Shown: positions 49,136 to 59,695, counted from the stretch's first letter. The stretch is DNA of 64,000 nucleotides from an uncultured Gemmatimonadales bacterium (GCA_963701965.1 OY969695.1:4320001-4384000); one strand, 5' to 3'. Translations and numbers: made by a program. The notes: generated by a model from the letters alone, not told the origin.

Positions 49136-49596
49136 TGCAACTGGCTGTGGCATCCGACCACGCGGGCTTCTCGCTCAAGCAGGACGTGGCCGCGGCCTTG
49201 CGCGCCGCCGGCCACGACGTGGAAGACCTGGGCACGTACGACGAAACGCCGGTCGACTATCCGGATTTCGCGGAAAAGATCGGACGCGCCGTCGTCGAGG
49301 GGCGCGTTGCGCGCGGCGTGTTGATCTGCGGCAGTGGGGTTGGAGCGGTCGTGGCCGTCAACAAGATTCCCGGCGTTCGCGCCGGATTGTGCCACGACAC
49401 GTACTCTGCCCACCAGGGCGTGGAGCACGATGACATGAATATCCTCGTGCTCGGGGGACGGGTCATCGGCTCCGAAGTGGCGAAGGAGCTGGCCCGCACG
49501 TTCGTCGGCGCGAGCTTCTCGCACGAGGAACGGCATGAGCGGCGGCTGGCGAAGGTCCAGGCGATCGAGGCGCACTATCTTCGGGAGACGACATGA
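49135..49596 (+). CDS. rpiB: Ribose-5-phosphate isomerase B
   Basis: SDHAGF, DYPD, CGSGVG, HDDMN, RHERR. Confidence 0.95.
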   Translation: MQLAVASDHAGFSLKQDVAAALRAAGHDVEDLGTYDETPVDYPDFAEKIGRAVVEGRVARGVLICGSGVGAVVAVNKIPGVRAGLCHDTYSAHQGVEHDDMNILVLGGRVIGSEVAKELARTFVGASFSHEERHERRLAKVQAIEAHYLRETT

Positions 49597-51266
49597 CGGC
49601 GCTGAAGGCGGAGTTGGGCAGGTACGCGGATGCGGTGGCCAAGACAGTAGCGCGGGCGCGCAGCGAGCGCGTGCTGGAGCGCATCAACAGCGGCGACTAC
49701 ACCCTGTGGAAACCGCAGCCCGCGGAAATCACGAATCGCCTCGGGTGGCTCACCATCGCCGATCGGATGCGGGACGCGCTACCGGCCATTCGCCATCTCG
49801 TCGATGCGGTGCGGACGGACGGCTATACGAACGCCCTCTTGCTCGGCATGGGCGGCTCGAGCCTCGCGCCCGATGTGTTTCGCCGGACGTTCGGCGTCGC
49901 GCCGGGCTATCTCGATCTGGCGGTCCTTGATAGCACCGATCCCGCCGCCGTGGCCACCGCGGTCAACGATCGCGACCCGGCCAAGACCCTGTACATCGTC
50001 TCCACGAAATCCGGTGGCACCGTCGAAACGTTCTCGTTTTTCCGGTACTGCTATCGGCGGGCCGTCGCCGCGCTGGGCGCCGAGCGGGCCGGGGCCCATT
50101 TCATTGCCATCACGGATCCCGGCAGCGCGCTCGCCGATACGGCGGCCAAATACCAGTTCCGCGCGACGTTCCTCAGTGATCCGGAGATCGGCGGGCGGTA
50201 TTCGGCGCTGTCGCCTTTTGGTCTGGTGCCCGCGGCGCTCGTCGGGGTCGATATCGATCGTTTGCTCGACCGCGCGGTCAAGGCCGAGGGCGATCAGGAG
50301 ACGGCGCTGGAGCTCGGCGCCACTATGGGCGAGCTGGCGATCGCCGGCCGTGACAAGGTGACGTTCGTGTGCTCGCCGACGATTGCGCCGTGGGGCGCAT
50401 GGGTCGAGCAACTGATCGCTGAGAGCACGGGCAAGGAAGACAAAGGCATCCTGCCGGTGGCCGACGAGCCCTTGGGGGCGCCGGCGGTGTACGGGGAGGA
50501 CCGCCTCTTCGTGTCGCTGCGCTTGCCGTCGGATGCGAGCCACGATGCGGCGCTGGCGGCTCTCGGCGCCGCCGGCCATCCAGTGGTCCGGATCGAGCTC
50601 CACGACCCGTACGACCTGGGCGGTGAGTTTTTCAGTTGGGAGCTGGCGACGGCGGTCGCGGGATGGCGACTCGGCATCAATCCGTTCGATCAGCCCAACG
50701 TCGAAACCGCGAAGGTGCTGGCGCGACAGATGGTGGCCGCCTACGAGAAGAGCGGGGCACTGCCGCCGCTGGCGCCGACCGCGACAGCGGACAACGTGTC
50801 GGTCTACGCCCCGTCGGCTGGACCCGACGTGCGGTCGGTCGTCACGGCCTTCATGGGGCTTGTGCGTCCGGGCGACTACATCGCGCTGCAAGCGTGGATC
50901 GCGCCGTCGCAACTGGCGACCGACGCGCTGCAACAGATCCGCGTGGGCCTGCGCGACCGGTTGCGCGTGGCCACGACCCTCGGATACGGGCCGAGATTCT
51001 TGCACTCGACCGGGCAGCTGCACAAAGGCGACGGCGGGCAGGGCGTCTTCATCCAAGTCGTGACGCCGGCGCCGCCAGCCGCCGCCGACGTCAAGATTCC
51101 CGACACGGCGGACGCCAATGCCTCGACGATGACGTTCGGCGTTCTCAAGCAGGCCCAGGCGCTCGGCGATCGCCAGGCGCTACTGGATCGCGGGCGCCGG
51201 GTGCTCCGCATCGACGTGCCATACGGACGCGCCGGGCTCGACAAACTCGCCGCGCTGCTCTCGTGA
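49593..51266 (+). CDS. pgi: Glucose-6-phosphate isomerase (stand-alone PGI of the tal-pgi type)
   Basis: GMGGSSL, STKSGGTVET, IGGRYSALS, EQLIAESTGK, NPFDQPNVE, GPRFLHSTGQ. Confidence 0.9.
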   Translation: MTALKAELGRYADAVAKTVARARSERVLERINSGDYTLWKPQPAEITNRLGWLTIADRMRDALPAIRHLVDAVRTDGYTNALLLGMGGSSLAPDVFRRTFGVAPGYLDLAVLDSTDPAAVATAVNDRDPAKTLYIVSTKSGGTVETFSFFRYCYRRAVAALGAERAGAHFIAITDPGSALADTAAKYQFRATFLSDPEIGGRYSALSPFGLVPAALVGVDIDRLLDRAVKAEGDQETALELGATMGELAIAGRDKVTFVCSPTIAPWGAWVEQLIAESTGKEDKGILPVADEPLGAPAVYGEDRLFVSLRLPSDASHDAALAALGAAGHPVVRIELHDPYDLGGEFFSWELATAVAGWRLGINPFDQPNVETAKVLARQMVAAYEKSGALPPLAPTATADNVSVYAPSAGPDVRSVVTAFMGLVRPGDYIALQAWIAPSQLATDALQQIRVGLRDRLRVATTLGYGPRFLHSTGQLHKGDGGQGVFIQVVTPAPPAAADVKIPDTADANASTMTFGVLKQAQALGDRQALLDRGRRVLRIDVPYGRAGLDKLAALLS

Positions 51267-51949
51267 TTCGCGCGGTACTGTTTGATCTGGACGGGACGTT
51301 GGTGCAGACGGAGGCGCTCAAGGCGATCTCCTACGCCAAGGCGGCCAAGGCGCTCAAGCCCGGGCTCGACGAGGCCGCCGTCATTCAACAGTACGATGAC
51401 CTCATCGGCCGCTCCCGAAACGAGGTCGCCCAAGCCCTGGTCGAGCGGTTCGATCTCGGGGAGTCCGCCGAGGAGTTCGTCGCGCAGCGGATGCGCATCT
51501 ACGATGAGATGCTGCGCGACGGCGATCTGGTCCGGCGGCAGGAGTATCCCGCCGCGACCGCGCTCCTCCGAAAGGTCAAGGGCGAGGGGTATCCGACGGG
51601 GCTGGCGACGATGTCCTATCCGCCGGAGACGGCGATCGTGCTCGACGCGCTCGGCATTCGCCGCTATCTCGACGTGATCGTGACCCGCGATCAGGTGGCG
51701 CGCCCAAAGCCCGATCCCGAGATCTACTGCCTCACGGCGTCCCGACTCGCTGTCGCGCCGGCCGACTGTCTCATCGTCGAGGACTCCGAGCCCGGTGTCG
51801 CGTCGGCGTTGGCGACCGGCGCGGTCTGTGTCGTGATCCCAAGCGAGCTCACCCGGAACCGCGTGCTGGCCCGTCCCCCGGGGCCGCGCGAGCACATCGT
51901 GACCGACCCGGCCGATCTCGATCGCATCGTCGGGTCCCTCCTGTCATGA
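51263..51949 (+). CDS. HAD-family phosphatase
   Basis: LFDLDGTL, KPDPEIY, VEDS. GTGA overlap with pgi. Confidence 0.9.
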   Translation: MIRAVLFDLDGTLVQTEALKAISYAKAAKALKPGLDEAAVIQQYDDLIGRSRNEVAQALVERFDLGESAEEFVAQRMRIYDEMLRDGDLVRRQEYPAATALLRKVKGEGYPTGLATMSYPPETAIVLDALGIRRYLDVIVTRDQVARPKPDPEIYCLTASRLAVAPADCLIVEDSEPGVASALATGAVCVVIPSELTRNRVLARPPGPREHIVTDPADLDRIVGSLLS

Positions 51950-52180
51950 CTTGAGGTAGCCGATGATGATCGGGTGCATCCAGTCCCCGCCCTGGAACGC
52001 CACGACAGCCGTGTCCGATGTCGGGCCCGATGTCATGCAGGCCTGGGCCCACAAGGGTGCCGAGTCGAGCCACGGAAACTCTATTTGGACGCGACCTCTG
52101 CCATTGGGGTCAGCGGTGCTCAGGACGACGGCGAGTTGGACTCCGGGGACGTGCTGCAGAACGGATTTGGGCGGGGCCAT
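51944..52180 (-). CDS. Stand-alone Gp5/VgrG OB-fold (phage baseplate V-like) mini-protein
   Basis: AVVLSTADPNGRGRVQIEFPWL...WA...VVAFQGGDWMHPIIIG, 78 aa. Confidence 0.7.
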   Translation of the reverse strand: MAPPKSVLQHVPGVQLAVVLSTADPNGRGRVQIEFPWLDSAPLWAQACMTSGPTSDTAVVAFQGGDWMHPIIIGYLKS

Positions 52181-52305
52181 GGGATGTGATTCCGGAGAGA
52201 GGGAAGACCGGCATACGTAACAGTATGTCATAGGCGGCTCAACCGGGAACCTCCTATCTTTCCCGGTTCTTCAAGCCGTCTACCACCTTGCGAGGATCGG
52301 ACGCG

Positions 52306-53220
52306 ATGCAATTGGGAATGGTCGGATTGGGGAAAATGGGCGCCAACATGACGACGCGCCTCGTCAAAGGTGGCCATACGGTCGTCGTATTCGACCGCGA
52401 CGCCAAGGCGATCGCGACGTCGGCTTCGGGCGGCGCCACCGCCAGCGGATCGCTCAAGGAGTTGGTGGGAAAACTCACCGCACCGCGCGCCGTGTGGATC
52501 ATGGTTCCCGCGGGCGAGGCCACCGAAGCGACCGTGCGCGAGTTGGCCGGCCTCCTGTCGTCCGGCGATACGATCATTGATGGCGGGAACAGCAACTACA
52601 AAGACGACATGCGCCGGCAGGTCGAGCTCACGCCCAAAGGGCTGCACTACGTGGACGTGGGCACGAGCGGCGGCATTTGGGGATTGGCCGAAGGGTACAG
52701 CCTGATGATCGGCGGTGATGCGGCCGCCGTGGAACGGTTGCGGCCCATCTTCGAGACGCTGGCCCCGGCCAAAGCACAGGGCTGGGGACGCGTGGGTCCC
52801 ACCGGCGCCGGGCATTTCGTGAAGATGATTCACAATGGCATCGAGTACGGTCTGATGCAGGCCTACGCCGAAGGGTTTTCGATTCTGGCGCACAAGAAGG
52901 AATTCGGCCTCGACGTCGCCCAGATCTCGGAGATCTGGCGGTATGGGAGCGTGGTGCGCTCCTGGCTGCTGGATCTGGCCGCCAACGCGCTCAAGGCCAA
53001 TCCGACGCTCAAGGGCATCGCGCCCTACGTCGTCGACTCTGGTGAGGGGCGGTGGACGGTGGCCGAGGCGATCGATCTCGACGTGCCGGCGCCCATCATC
53101 ACGCAATCGCTCATCGAACGCCTGCGGTCGCGCGACGAGGATTCCTACGCCGACAAGATGCTCGCGGCATTGCGCAACCAGTTCGGCGGCCACGCCATCA
53201 AGTCCGAGGCGGCATCATGA
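52306..53220 (+). CDS. gnd: 6-phosphogluconate dehydrogenase (decarboxylating, short type)
   Basis: GLGKMG, DGGNS, GTSGG, HFVKMIHNGIEY, DSGEGRWT, RNQFGGH. Confidence 0.95.
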   Translation: MQLGMVGLGKMGANMTTRLVKGGHTVVVFDRDAKAIATSASGGATASGSLKELVGKLTAPRAVWIMVPAGEATEATVRELAGLLSSGDTIIDGGNSNYKDDMRRQVELTPKGLHYVDVGTSGGIWGLAEGYSLMIGGDAAAVERLRPIFETLAPAKAQGWGRVGPTGAGHFVKMIHNGIEYGLMQAYAEGFSILAHKKEFGLDVAQISEIWRYGSVVRSWLLDLAANALKANPTLKGIAPYVVDSGEGRWTVAEAIDLDVPAPIITQSLIERLRSRDEDSYADKMLAALRNQFGGHAIKSEAAS

Positions 53221-54686
53221 CGGTCGACCAGAGCATCTTCGTCGTCTTCGGAGGATCCGGGGACCTCGCGCATCGCAAGATCCTCCCGGCGCTCTTTCAG
53301 CTGCACAAGCACGACCTGACCGGTGGCAAGAACCTCATCGTCGGCGTTGGCCGCACCGGTGATATCGACGACGCCAAATATCGGGAATGGGTCCGCGACG
53401 CGGTCTCGGCCAATGCGGCGGCGGCCGACGTCTCGGCGTGGCTGGACAGCGCCGTGTACTACCAGAGCATAGGGGGATCGACGCCGGCCGACTTCAATGC
53501 GCTCAAGACGCGGCTCGAGACCTTGGAGCGCGAGCACGGGCTCACCGGCAACCGCGTCTTCTACCTCTCGCTGCCGCCGCAAGCCTTCCCGTCGACGATC
53601 GCCGGCCTCGGCGCCGCGGGGCTCAACCAAAGCGCCGGCTGGACGCGCATCGTGATCGAGAAGCCGTTTGGCCGTGACCTCGATTCGGCGCGCGAGCTGA
53701 ACCGGCTCGTGCATCAGTTCTTCGACGAGGCACAGGTCTATCGCATTGATCACTATCTCGGCAAAGAGACCGTTCAGAATCTGCTCGTGTTCCGCTTTGC
53801 CAACGCCATGTTCGAGACGCTGTGGAATCGGGATCACGTCGAGAGCGTGGAGATCACGGTCGCCGAGGAGCTGGGCGTCGAGGAGCGCGCCGAGTACTAC
53901 GAGCACGCCGGCGCGTTGCGCGACATGGTGCAGAGTCACCTGACGCAGCTGTTCGCTCTGGTCGCCATGGAAGTGCCGACGGCGTTCGAGGCCTCGGCGA
54001 TCCGCGATGAGAAGATCAAGGTCCTGCGGTCGATCGCGCCGTTGGGTCCCCACGACGCGGTCCGCGGCCAGTACGTGGCGGGCCAGGTCAACGGGAAGCC
54101 GGTCATCGGCTATCGCGGCGAGCCGGATGTCTCGCCGACGTCGAACACCGACACCTTCGTCGCCGTCAAGCTGAGTCTCGACACCTGGCGGTGGCAGGGC
54201 GTGCCGTTCTACATCCGCACCGGGAAGCGCATGGCGCGGCGACTGACCGAAATCCGCGTGCGGTTTCGCCAGGCGCCCGTGTGGATGTTCCGCTCGATGG
54301 CCGGGACGCAGCCCACGGCCAACACGCTGGTGATCACGTTGCAGCCGAACGAAGGGTTCCGTCTGTATTTCGACGTCAAAGCGCCGGGCGAGCCATTTCG
54401 CCTGGAGCGGCTGACGCTGCACTTCAACTACGACGAGCAGTTCAAGACGCTGCCCGAGGCGTATCAGACGCTGCTGCTCGACGTCCTGCGCGGCGACCAG
54501 ACCCTGTTCGTGCACGCCGACGAAGTCGAAGCGTCGTGGCGCGTCTATGCGCCGCTGCTCGCCCTGCACGATACGCCGCCGTTCTACGCCGCCGGCACGT
54601 GGGGACCACCGCAGGCCGCCGCGGTGGTGCCGGAGCGCGAGCCGCGGGAGCAGCTCGAGCGGGCCGGAGCGGGTGCCGCAGCCTGA
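53217..54686 (+). CDS. zwf: Glucose-6-phosphate 1-dehydrogenase
   Basis: FGGSGDLA, EKPFG, RIDHYLGKE, RWQGVPFYIRTGK. Confidence 0.96.
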   Translation: MTVDQSIFVVFGGSGDLAHRKILPALFQLHKHDLTGGKNLIVGVGRTGDIDDAKYREWVRDAVSANAAAADVSAWLDSAVYYQSIGGSTPADFNALKTRLETLEREHGLTGNRVFYLSLPPQAFPSTIAGLGAAGLNQSAGWTRIVIEKPFGRDLDSARELNRLVHQFFDEAQVYRIDHYLGKETVQNLLVFRFANAMFETLWNRDHVESVEITVAEELGVEERAEYYEHAGALRDMVQSHLTQLFALVAMEVPTAFEASAIRDEKIKVLRSIAPLGPHDAVRGQYVAGQVNGKPVIGYRGEPDVSPTSNTDTFVAVKLSLDTWRWQGVPFYIRTGKRMARRLTEIRVRFRQAPVWMFRSMAGTQPTANTLVITLQPNEGFRLYFDVKAPGEPFRLERLTLHFNYDEQFKTLPEAYQTLLLDVLRGDQTLFVHADEVEASWRVYAPLLALHDTPPFYAAGTWGPPQAAAVVPEREPREQLERAGAGAAA

Positions 54687-55410
54687 GATTCGTGCGGTCG
54701 CCGACGCCGGGGCGCTGAGTCGGGCGGCCGCCGATTTCGTGGCGGCCGCCGCGGGGTCGGCCATCGCCGCGCGCGGGCGTTTCACCCTCGCCCTGTCGGG
54801 CGGCAATACGCCTCGCGCGTTGTACAGTCTCCTCGCCGCCCAGTACGCCGATCGCATCGACTGGGCGTCGACACGACTCTACTTCGGCGACGAGCGTTGC
54901 GTCCCGCCCGACAACGCGGACAGCAACTATCGAATGGCCGACGAGGCTCTTCTCTCTCATATCACGGGTCTCCGCGATCACACGGCGCGCATAGAGGGCG
55001 AGCGCCCGCCGCCGGAGGCGGCGTCGCGCTACGACGCGCTGTTGCGACGCGATTTCCCCTCGCTCTCTTCGGGCACGTTTGACGTCGCGCTCCTCGGCAT
55101 CGGCGACGACGGCCACACGGCTTCGCTTTTTCCCGGCAGCCCCGCGCTCGATGAGACCGCGCGCTGGGCCGTGACGGCCATGGCCCCGCCGGAGATGACC
55201 ACCCGCCAGCGCGTGACACTCACGTATCCGGTCTTCGACAATGCGCGCGCCGTCGTCTTCCTGTGCGCGGGAGCGGGGAAGCGCGCGATCCTGTCGACGA
55301 TTATGGCGGAGGCGGGAGGGAAGGCCACCGCGGCGCATCCGGCCGCCCGTGTCACAGCGCGCGAACAACTGATATACCTCGCGGATCGCGCCGCCCTGTC
55401 ACAGGACTGA
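54673..55410 (+). CDS. pgl: 6-phosphogluconolactonase
   Basis: LSGGNTP, GDERCVP..SNY, LGIGDDGHTASLFP, RVTLT. Confidence 0.95.
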   Translation: MPQPEIRAVADAGALSRAAADFVAAAAGSAIAARGRFTLALSGGNTPRALYSLLAAQYADRIDWASTRLYFGDERCVPPDNADSNYRMADEALLSHITGLRDHTARIEGERPPPEAASRYDALLRRDFPSLSSGTFDVALLGIGDDGHTASLFPGSPALDETARWAVTAMAPPEMTTRQRVTLTYPVFDNARAVVFLCAGAGKRAILSTIMAEAGGKATAAHPAARVTAREQLIYLADRAALSQD

Positions 55411-55435
55411 CAGTTTCGCCGGCTAGTGTCCCGGC

Positions 55436-56363
55436 ATGACTCCCCGCATCGTGGTTCTGATGGCCGCCCTGCTCGCGGCCACGCGCCTTCCGGCGCAGAC
55501 GAGTTTCCTCGTGATTGGCGACTGGGGTCGCGATGGCGCCGGCTACCAGACCAAGGTCGCGACCCAGATGGCTGCTGCCGCCACCCGACTCGGCGCCAAG
55601 TTCGTGGTCTCCGTGGGCGACAACTTCTACGAGACCGGCGTGAAGACGACGCACGACAACCAGTTCAAGACATTGTTCGAGGACGTGTACAAGGCCAAGT
55701 CACTGCAGGTTCCCTGGTACGTCGCGATCGGGAATCACGACTATCAGGGGAACCCGCAGGCGGAAATCGACTACGGCAAGATCGACCCCCGCTGGCACAT
55801 GCCGGCGCGCTACTTCTCGGTGCGCGAGAAGGTCGATGACACGACCACGGTCGAGTTTTTCTTTCTCGACACGTCGCCCTTCGTTACCGAGTATCACACG
55901 GAAAGCAAGTACAAAGCCCGTGTGGCGGGCATCGATACCCGCGCCCAGGTGCATTGGCTCGACAGCGCCCTGGCCGCGTCGAGATCACAGTGGAAGATCG
56001 TCGTGGGCCACCACCCCGTGTATTCGGCCAGCCCGAAGCATGGCGACACGCCCGAGTTGATCGCGTCCATCCAGCCGCTGCTCGAGAAATACCACGCCCA
56101 GGTGTATCTCTGCGGCCACGACCACAACCTGCAGCATTCTGGAATCCGGCCACGTCGACTATTTCGTGTCGGGCGGGGGCTCGGAAGCGCGATTGGCCGG
56201 ACACACACCGCGCACCAAGTTCAGCGCGACGAGCGCGGGCTTCCTGATCGTGGAGCTGAGCGCCGCATCTCTGCACGCGCAGTTCGTCAATCCGATGGGC
56301 AAACAGCTCTACCAGACGGCGGTGGCGCGCAATGGCGCCACCGCCGTCTCGTCGCTCAAATGA
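55436..56363 (+). pseudogene. Secreted purple / tartrate-resistant acid phosphatase with a single-base insertion frameshift at about 56137
   Basis: GDWG, GDNFY, GNHDY, GHHP, CGHDHNLQH. Removing one T restores LESGHVDYFVSGGGS...GF, ending at 56363. Confidence 0.8.
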
Positions 56364-57777
56364 TCTGCCGGCAGTCCCGGCCGCCGATCATGTCGATGAC
56401 GCCGAACCCGTAGAGCGGATCCACGCGTATACCCGTGAGCGCGTCGGAACCGACCAGGATGCAGTGCATCGTGTTGTACATGAGATTCGGCGCGTTCTTC
56501 GGCTGATCCGACCGCAGCACCGCCGCCTCCGCGGTCACGTGGGGCGCGGCGGCGCTGGTGCCGTCCGCCCAGATGTAGAACGACTTGGCGGTTGTGCACG
56601 TCTGGAGGGCCGGATTCACCGAGAAGCTGCTGCAGGCCCCGACGATCAGATCGGCCATCGTTTGCTCGGAGGGATCCGTCGCGAAGTCACCGCCGGGCGC
56701 GAACAACGTCACGGCCGGATAGCCGAAGTCGGAATAGCTCGCGATGTTGTCGAAGTTCTGCTGTCCCATGGGTCCGACGGCGCCGACGCTGATCAGGTAG
56801 TTGAGCTGGCCAGGGATGTCGACGGAGTCCACCTGCGGGAGGTTGAGCGCATCGTTGCCCGCCGCCGCCTGCACGTTCACGCCATGGTCCCAGGCGTACT
56901 TCACGGCGCGTTGGAACGCGACGAAGAGCGGCGTCAGGCCGGGGTCCTTCTTCGAGATCACGGCGCCGAAGCTCATGTTGATGGCATCGAGACCGACGTC
57001 GGCGGCGTAGACCACCGCGGCAATGGCGTCGGCAAACGAGCCCTGGCCGTTCTGATCCAGAACCTTGAGAGCGACGATTTTCGCATCAGGCGCGACCAAT
57101 GCCATCCCGATCCCGTTGCTGACCATGATGCTCGCGGTCCAGGTGCCGTGGAAGTCGAGATCCTCGATCCCGGGCTCGGTCACGACGAACGATTGGCTCA
57201 GGCCCATGTCGACCTTCTTCGCCAGGTCCTGATGGGTATAGTCGATGCCGGTGTCGAGGTCGCCAATGAGGCGGCCCTTTCCCCGCTTCGTGAGGGTGTA
57301 CGATTGCGGCGCGCGGATCAGGCGCAAATTCCATTGGAACTGGTTGAAAAACGCGGCTTGTGTCGGGTCGCTCCGGCTCGTCACGCCCACCGGACCCACG
57401 GATTGTTTGAGGTGGGTCGCCTTGAGCTGGGGGACCTTGATCACGTAGTCGGGCACGATCCCCAGCACATCGGACCGGCTGGCCAATGCCGCCGCGGCGC
57501 CGGGCGTCAGGTCGCGCGTCACCAGCACGCCGATCGGTCCGTGCATCCGCTCGACGCGCCCGCCCATCGCCAACACGCGGGCGCCGACGCTGCCCACGAC
57601 GTCCGGCGTGACCCCATCCTTCATCACGATGATGTGACGCGTCTGGTACGCCGGCGACAGCTGCGATACGCTCGGGCTGGCGCTGGGTCCCATCGGCCGG
57701 TCACTCGAACAAGCAATCGACGACAACGCGAGACCGGCAGCGAGTACCCTGCCGGTAGTCGACTTCGGGATGTGCAT
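56356..57777 (-). CDS. S8 subtilisin-like serine peptidase, lipoprotein
   Basis: Lipobox SIAC; triad DLDTG, FHGT, GTSAAAPHV; AAAGN oxyanion motif. Confidence 0.92.
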   Translation of the reverse strand: MHIPKSTTGRVLAAGLALSSIACSSDRPMGPSASPSVSQLSPAYQTRHIIVMKDGVTPDVVGSVGARVLAMGGRVERMHGPIGVLVTRDLTPGAAAALASRSDVLGIVPDYVIKVPQLKATHLKQSVGPVGVTSRSDPTQAAFFNQFQWNLRLIRAPQSYTLTKRGKGRLIGDLDTGIDYTHQDLAKKVDMGLSQSFVVTEPGIEDLDFHGTWTASIMVSNGIGMALVAPDAKIVALKVLDQNGQGSFADAIAAVVYAADVGLDAINMSFGAVISKKDPGLTPLFVAFQRAVKYAWDHGVNVQAAAGNDALNLPQVDSVDIPGQLNYLISVGAVGPMGQQNFDNIASYSDFGYPAVTLFAPGGDFATDPSEQTMADLIVGACSSFSVNPALQTCTTAKSFYIWADGTSAAAPHVTAEAAVLRSDQPKNAPNLMYNTMHCILVGSDALTGIRVDPLYGFGVIDMIGGRDCRQII

Positions 57778-57800
57778 GTACGATCTCCGCGTGCGAGGCG

Positions 57801-57844
57801 AAAAGACGGGGGCAGCGAAGTTGTAGGTCTCTTGCTACCCCGTC
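57801..57844 (-). terminator. Imperfect hairpin followed by TTTT on the minus strand
   Basis: Minus strand GACGGGGTAGCAAG...CTTCGCTGCCCCCGTC-TTTT, between the hypothetical gene and the S8 start. Confidence 0.4.
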
Positions 57845-57882
57845 AAGCAGCCTTGGCCTTCACGCGCGGCGAAGTCGCGGAT

Positions 57883-58356
57883 CTAGCGCAGCGGCGAGAT
57901 CGACGCGCTGATGCGCGCGGGCGGCCGGGACTCGTGGGTGATTCGGCCCGCGCGCAGACCGGGCCAGGCGCGGACGGCGTGATCCAACGCCGCGGCGCGC
58001 GCCATGTCGCGAACGGCATCACCCGTCCACGACTCGCAATGCCGTCGGATATCCCGGGTGGAATTGAACAGCGTCACCGACGCGTCCAAGCGCGTGGCGC
58101 CATCGGCCAGTCGGGTCTCGGATCGCTCGGCGACGCCGTATGCCGTCGTCTCCGAGTACAGGACCTCGACGGTGACGGTGCGCGTGGAGCCGGTGTCCTC
58201 GGAGCACTCGACGAACGCGGCGCCGAGCTTCCATCCCATGAAGGAAACGGCGGGCCCGCGGTCATCGACGAGCACCATATGCGTCGCGGCGCCGAACTGC
58301 CGTTCTGCAAGGCGAAGCGCGTCGGCATCGGGGCGGGAAGGTCGGATCAGATGCAT
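57883..58356 (-). CDS. Hypothetical protein
   Basis: 157-aa ATG ORF divergent from dinB, filling the gap. Confidence 0.5.
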   Translation of the reverse strand: MHLIRPSRPDADALRLAERQFGAATHMVLVDDRGPAVSFMGWKLGAAFVECSEDTGSTRTVTVEVLYSETTAYGVAERSETRLADGATRLDASVTLFNSTRDIRRHCESWTGDAVRDMARAAALDHAVRAWPGLRAGRITHESRPPARISASISPLR

Positions 58357-58477
58357 ATCGGAGCACGGAAAGAAGCAAGCAGCGGACCCAGCCGTTGGGT
58401 CGCTCGTTTGGGCCGCGACCGATACCTGCCGTTGCGCGCGTGCGACAGGGTGCGGCAGTGGGGATAGTTTGATAGCC

Positions 58478-59692
58478 ATGGCCCGGCGCATCCTGCTCGC
58501 GGACTGTGACCAGTTCTTTGTCGCGGTCGCCCGCTTGGCCGATCCGGAGGGCGCCGGAACCGCCAAGCTGCTGATCGTCGGCGGGACGCGCGAGAGCCGC
58601 GGCGTGGTTTGCTCGGCGTCCTATGAGGCGCGGCGATACGGCGTGCGCTCGGCCATGCCGATCGCCCGCGCGCTCCGGCTCTGTCCGGACGCGGTCTGCG
58701 TGCCGGTCCCGCGAAAAGCGTGCATCGAGAAGAGTCGCGCGGTGGCCGCCGTGCTCCGGCGGTTTTCTCCGGTGGTGGAACCGGCGTCCGTCGACGAGCT
58801 CTATCTCGATCTTACGAACACCGAGCGACTGTATCGCGAGGAATCCCTCGCCGATACCAGCGTGCGGATTCGCGAGGCGGTCCAGGGGGAAACCGGCTTG
58901 TCGGTCTCCATCGGCGGCGGGACGTCGAAGTTCGTCGCCAAGCTGGCGACGGAGCTCGCCAAGCCGCGCCCGGGCACCGGCGCGACCGGCGTGCTGATCG
59001 TGGCGCCCGGCGATGAGGCCGAATTCGTGCGGCAGTTCACTTTGGCCGATCTGCCGGGCGTCGGCCCGCGGTTCCAGGAGCGCCTCGCGCGCCTCGGCTG
59101 GCGCACGGTCGCCGACGTCGCGGCGCTCGATCTCGCGGCGCTGACCCGCAACCTCGGGCCGCGCGCCGGAGAATGGTTGCACCAGCGCGTCCACGGTATC
59201 GATACCGCCCCGGTCCACGCGCACGAGCGGGTCAAGTCGATCAGTCGCGAGGAAACGTTCCCGCGCGATCTTGCCGACGACGTTTCGCTCGAGCGCGAAC
59301 TGGCGCGGCTCATTGATCGCGGCGCCGCCGATCTGCGGGAAGCCGGACTCGCGGCGCGAACGATCACGGTCAAACTGCGAGATTTCGACCGGACCACCCG
59401 ACAGGCGGGTCGTACCCTGCGCGCGCCCATCATCTCCGATCGCGCGATCGCGCCTGTCGCCCGCGCGTTGCTCGCGCGTCTGCGCGCGGACCGCCGCGTG
59501 CCAGCGCGACTGATTGGCCTCGTCCTCTCCCAGTTCGACGGCGCCAGCCAGCTGGATCTCTTGATCGACGAGGACGAGATGGAGGCCGACCGCGACCGCC
59601 GGCTGGCCCGCGCCGTCGACACGGTGCGGGAGCGCTTCGGGCGATCCGCCATCACCCCGGGCGTGCTCGCGGCCAAGCCGAAGGCGCGTTAG
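58478..59692 (+). CDS. dinB: DNA polymerase IV (Y family)
   Basis: LADCDQFFVAV, VCSASYEARRYGVRSAMP, ASVDELYLD, AKLA...KP, LPGVG, KSISREETF. Confidence 0.95.
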   Translation: MARRILLADCDQFFVAVARLADPEGAGTAKLLIVGGTRESRGVVCSASYEARRYGVRSAMPIARALRLCPDAVCVPVPRKACIEKSRAVAAVLRRFSPVVEPASVDELYLDLTNTERLYREESLADTSVRIREAVQGETGLSVSIGGGTSKFVAKLATELAKPRPGTGATGVLIVAPGDEAEFVRQFTLADLPGVGPRFQERLARLGWRTVADVAALDLAALTRNLGPRAGEWLHQRVHGIDTAPVHAHERVKSISREETFPRDLADDVSLERELARLIDRGAADLREAGLAARTITVKLRDFDRTTRQAGRTLRAPIISDRAIAPVARALLARLRADRRVPARLIGLVLSQFDGASQLDLLIDEDEMEADRDRRLARAVDTVRERFGRSAITPGVLAAKPKAR

Positions 59693-59695
59693 GCG

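Noticed and set aside
56356..57777. S8 protease as a lasso-processing enzyme or isopeptidase
   Set aside because: About 34 kb away and the wrong family; known lasso isopeptidases are S9.
56332..58467. Long opposite-strand or off-frame ORFs (711 aa here; also 53145..54857, 29317..30921, 2559..4076)
   Set aside because: Arg/Gly/Ala-rich shadows of well-supported genes, as expected in high-GC DNA.
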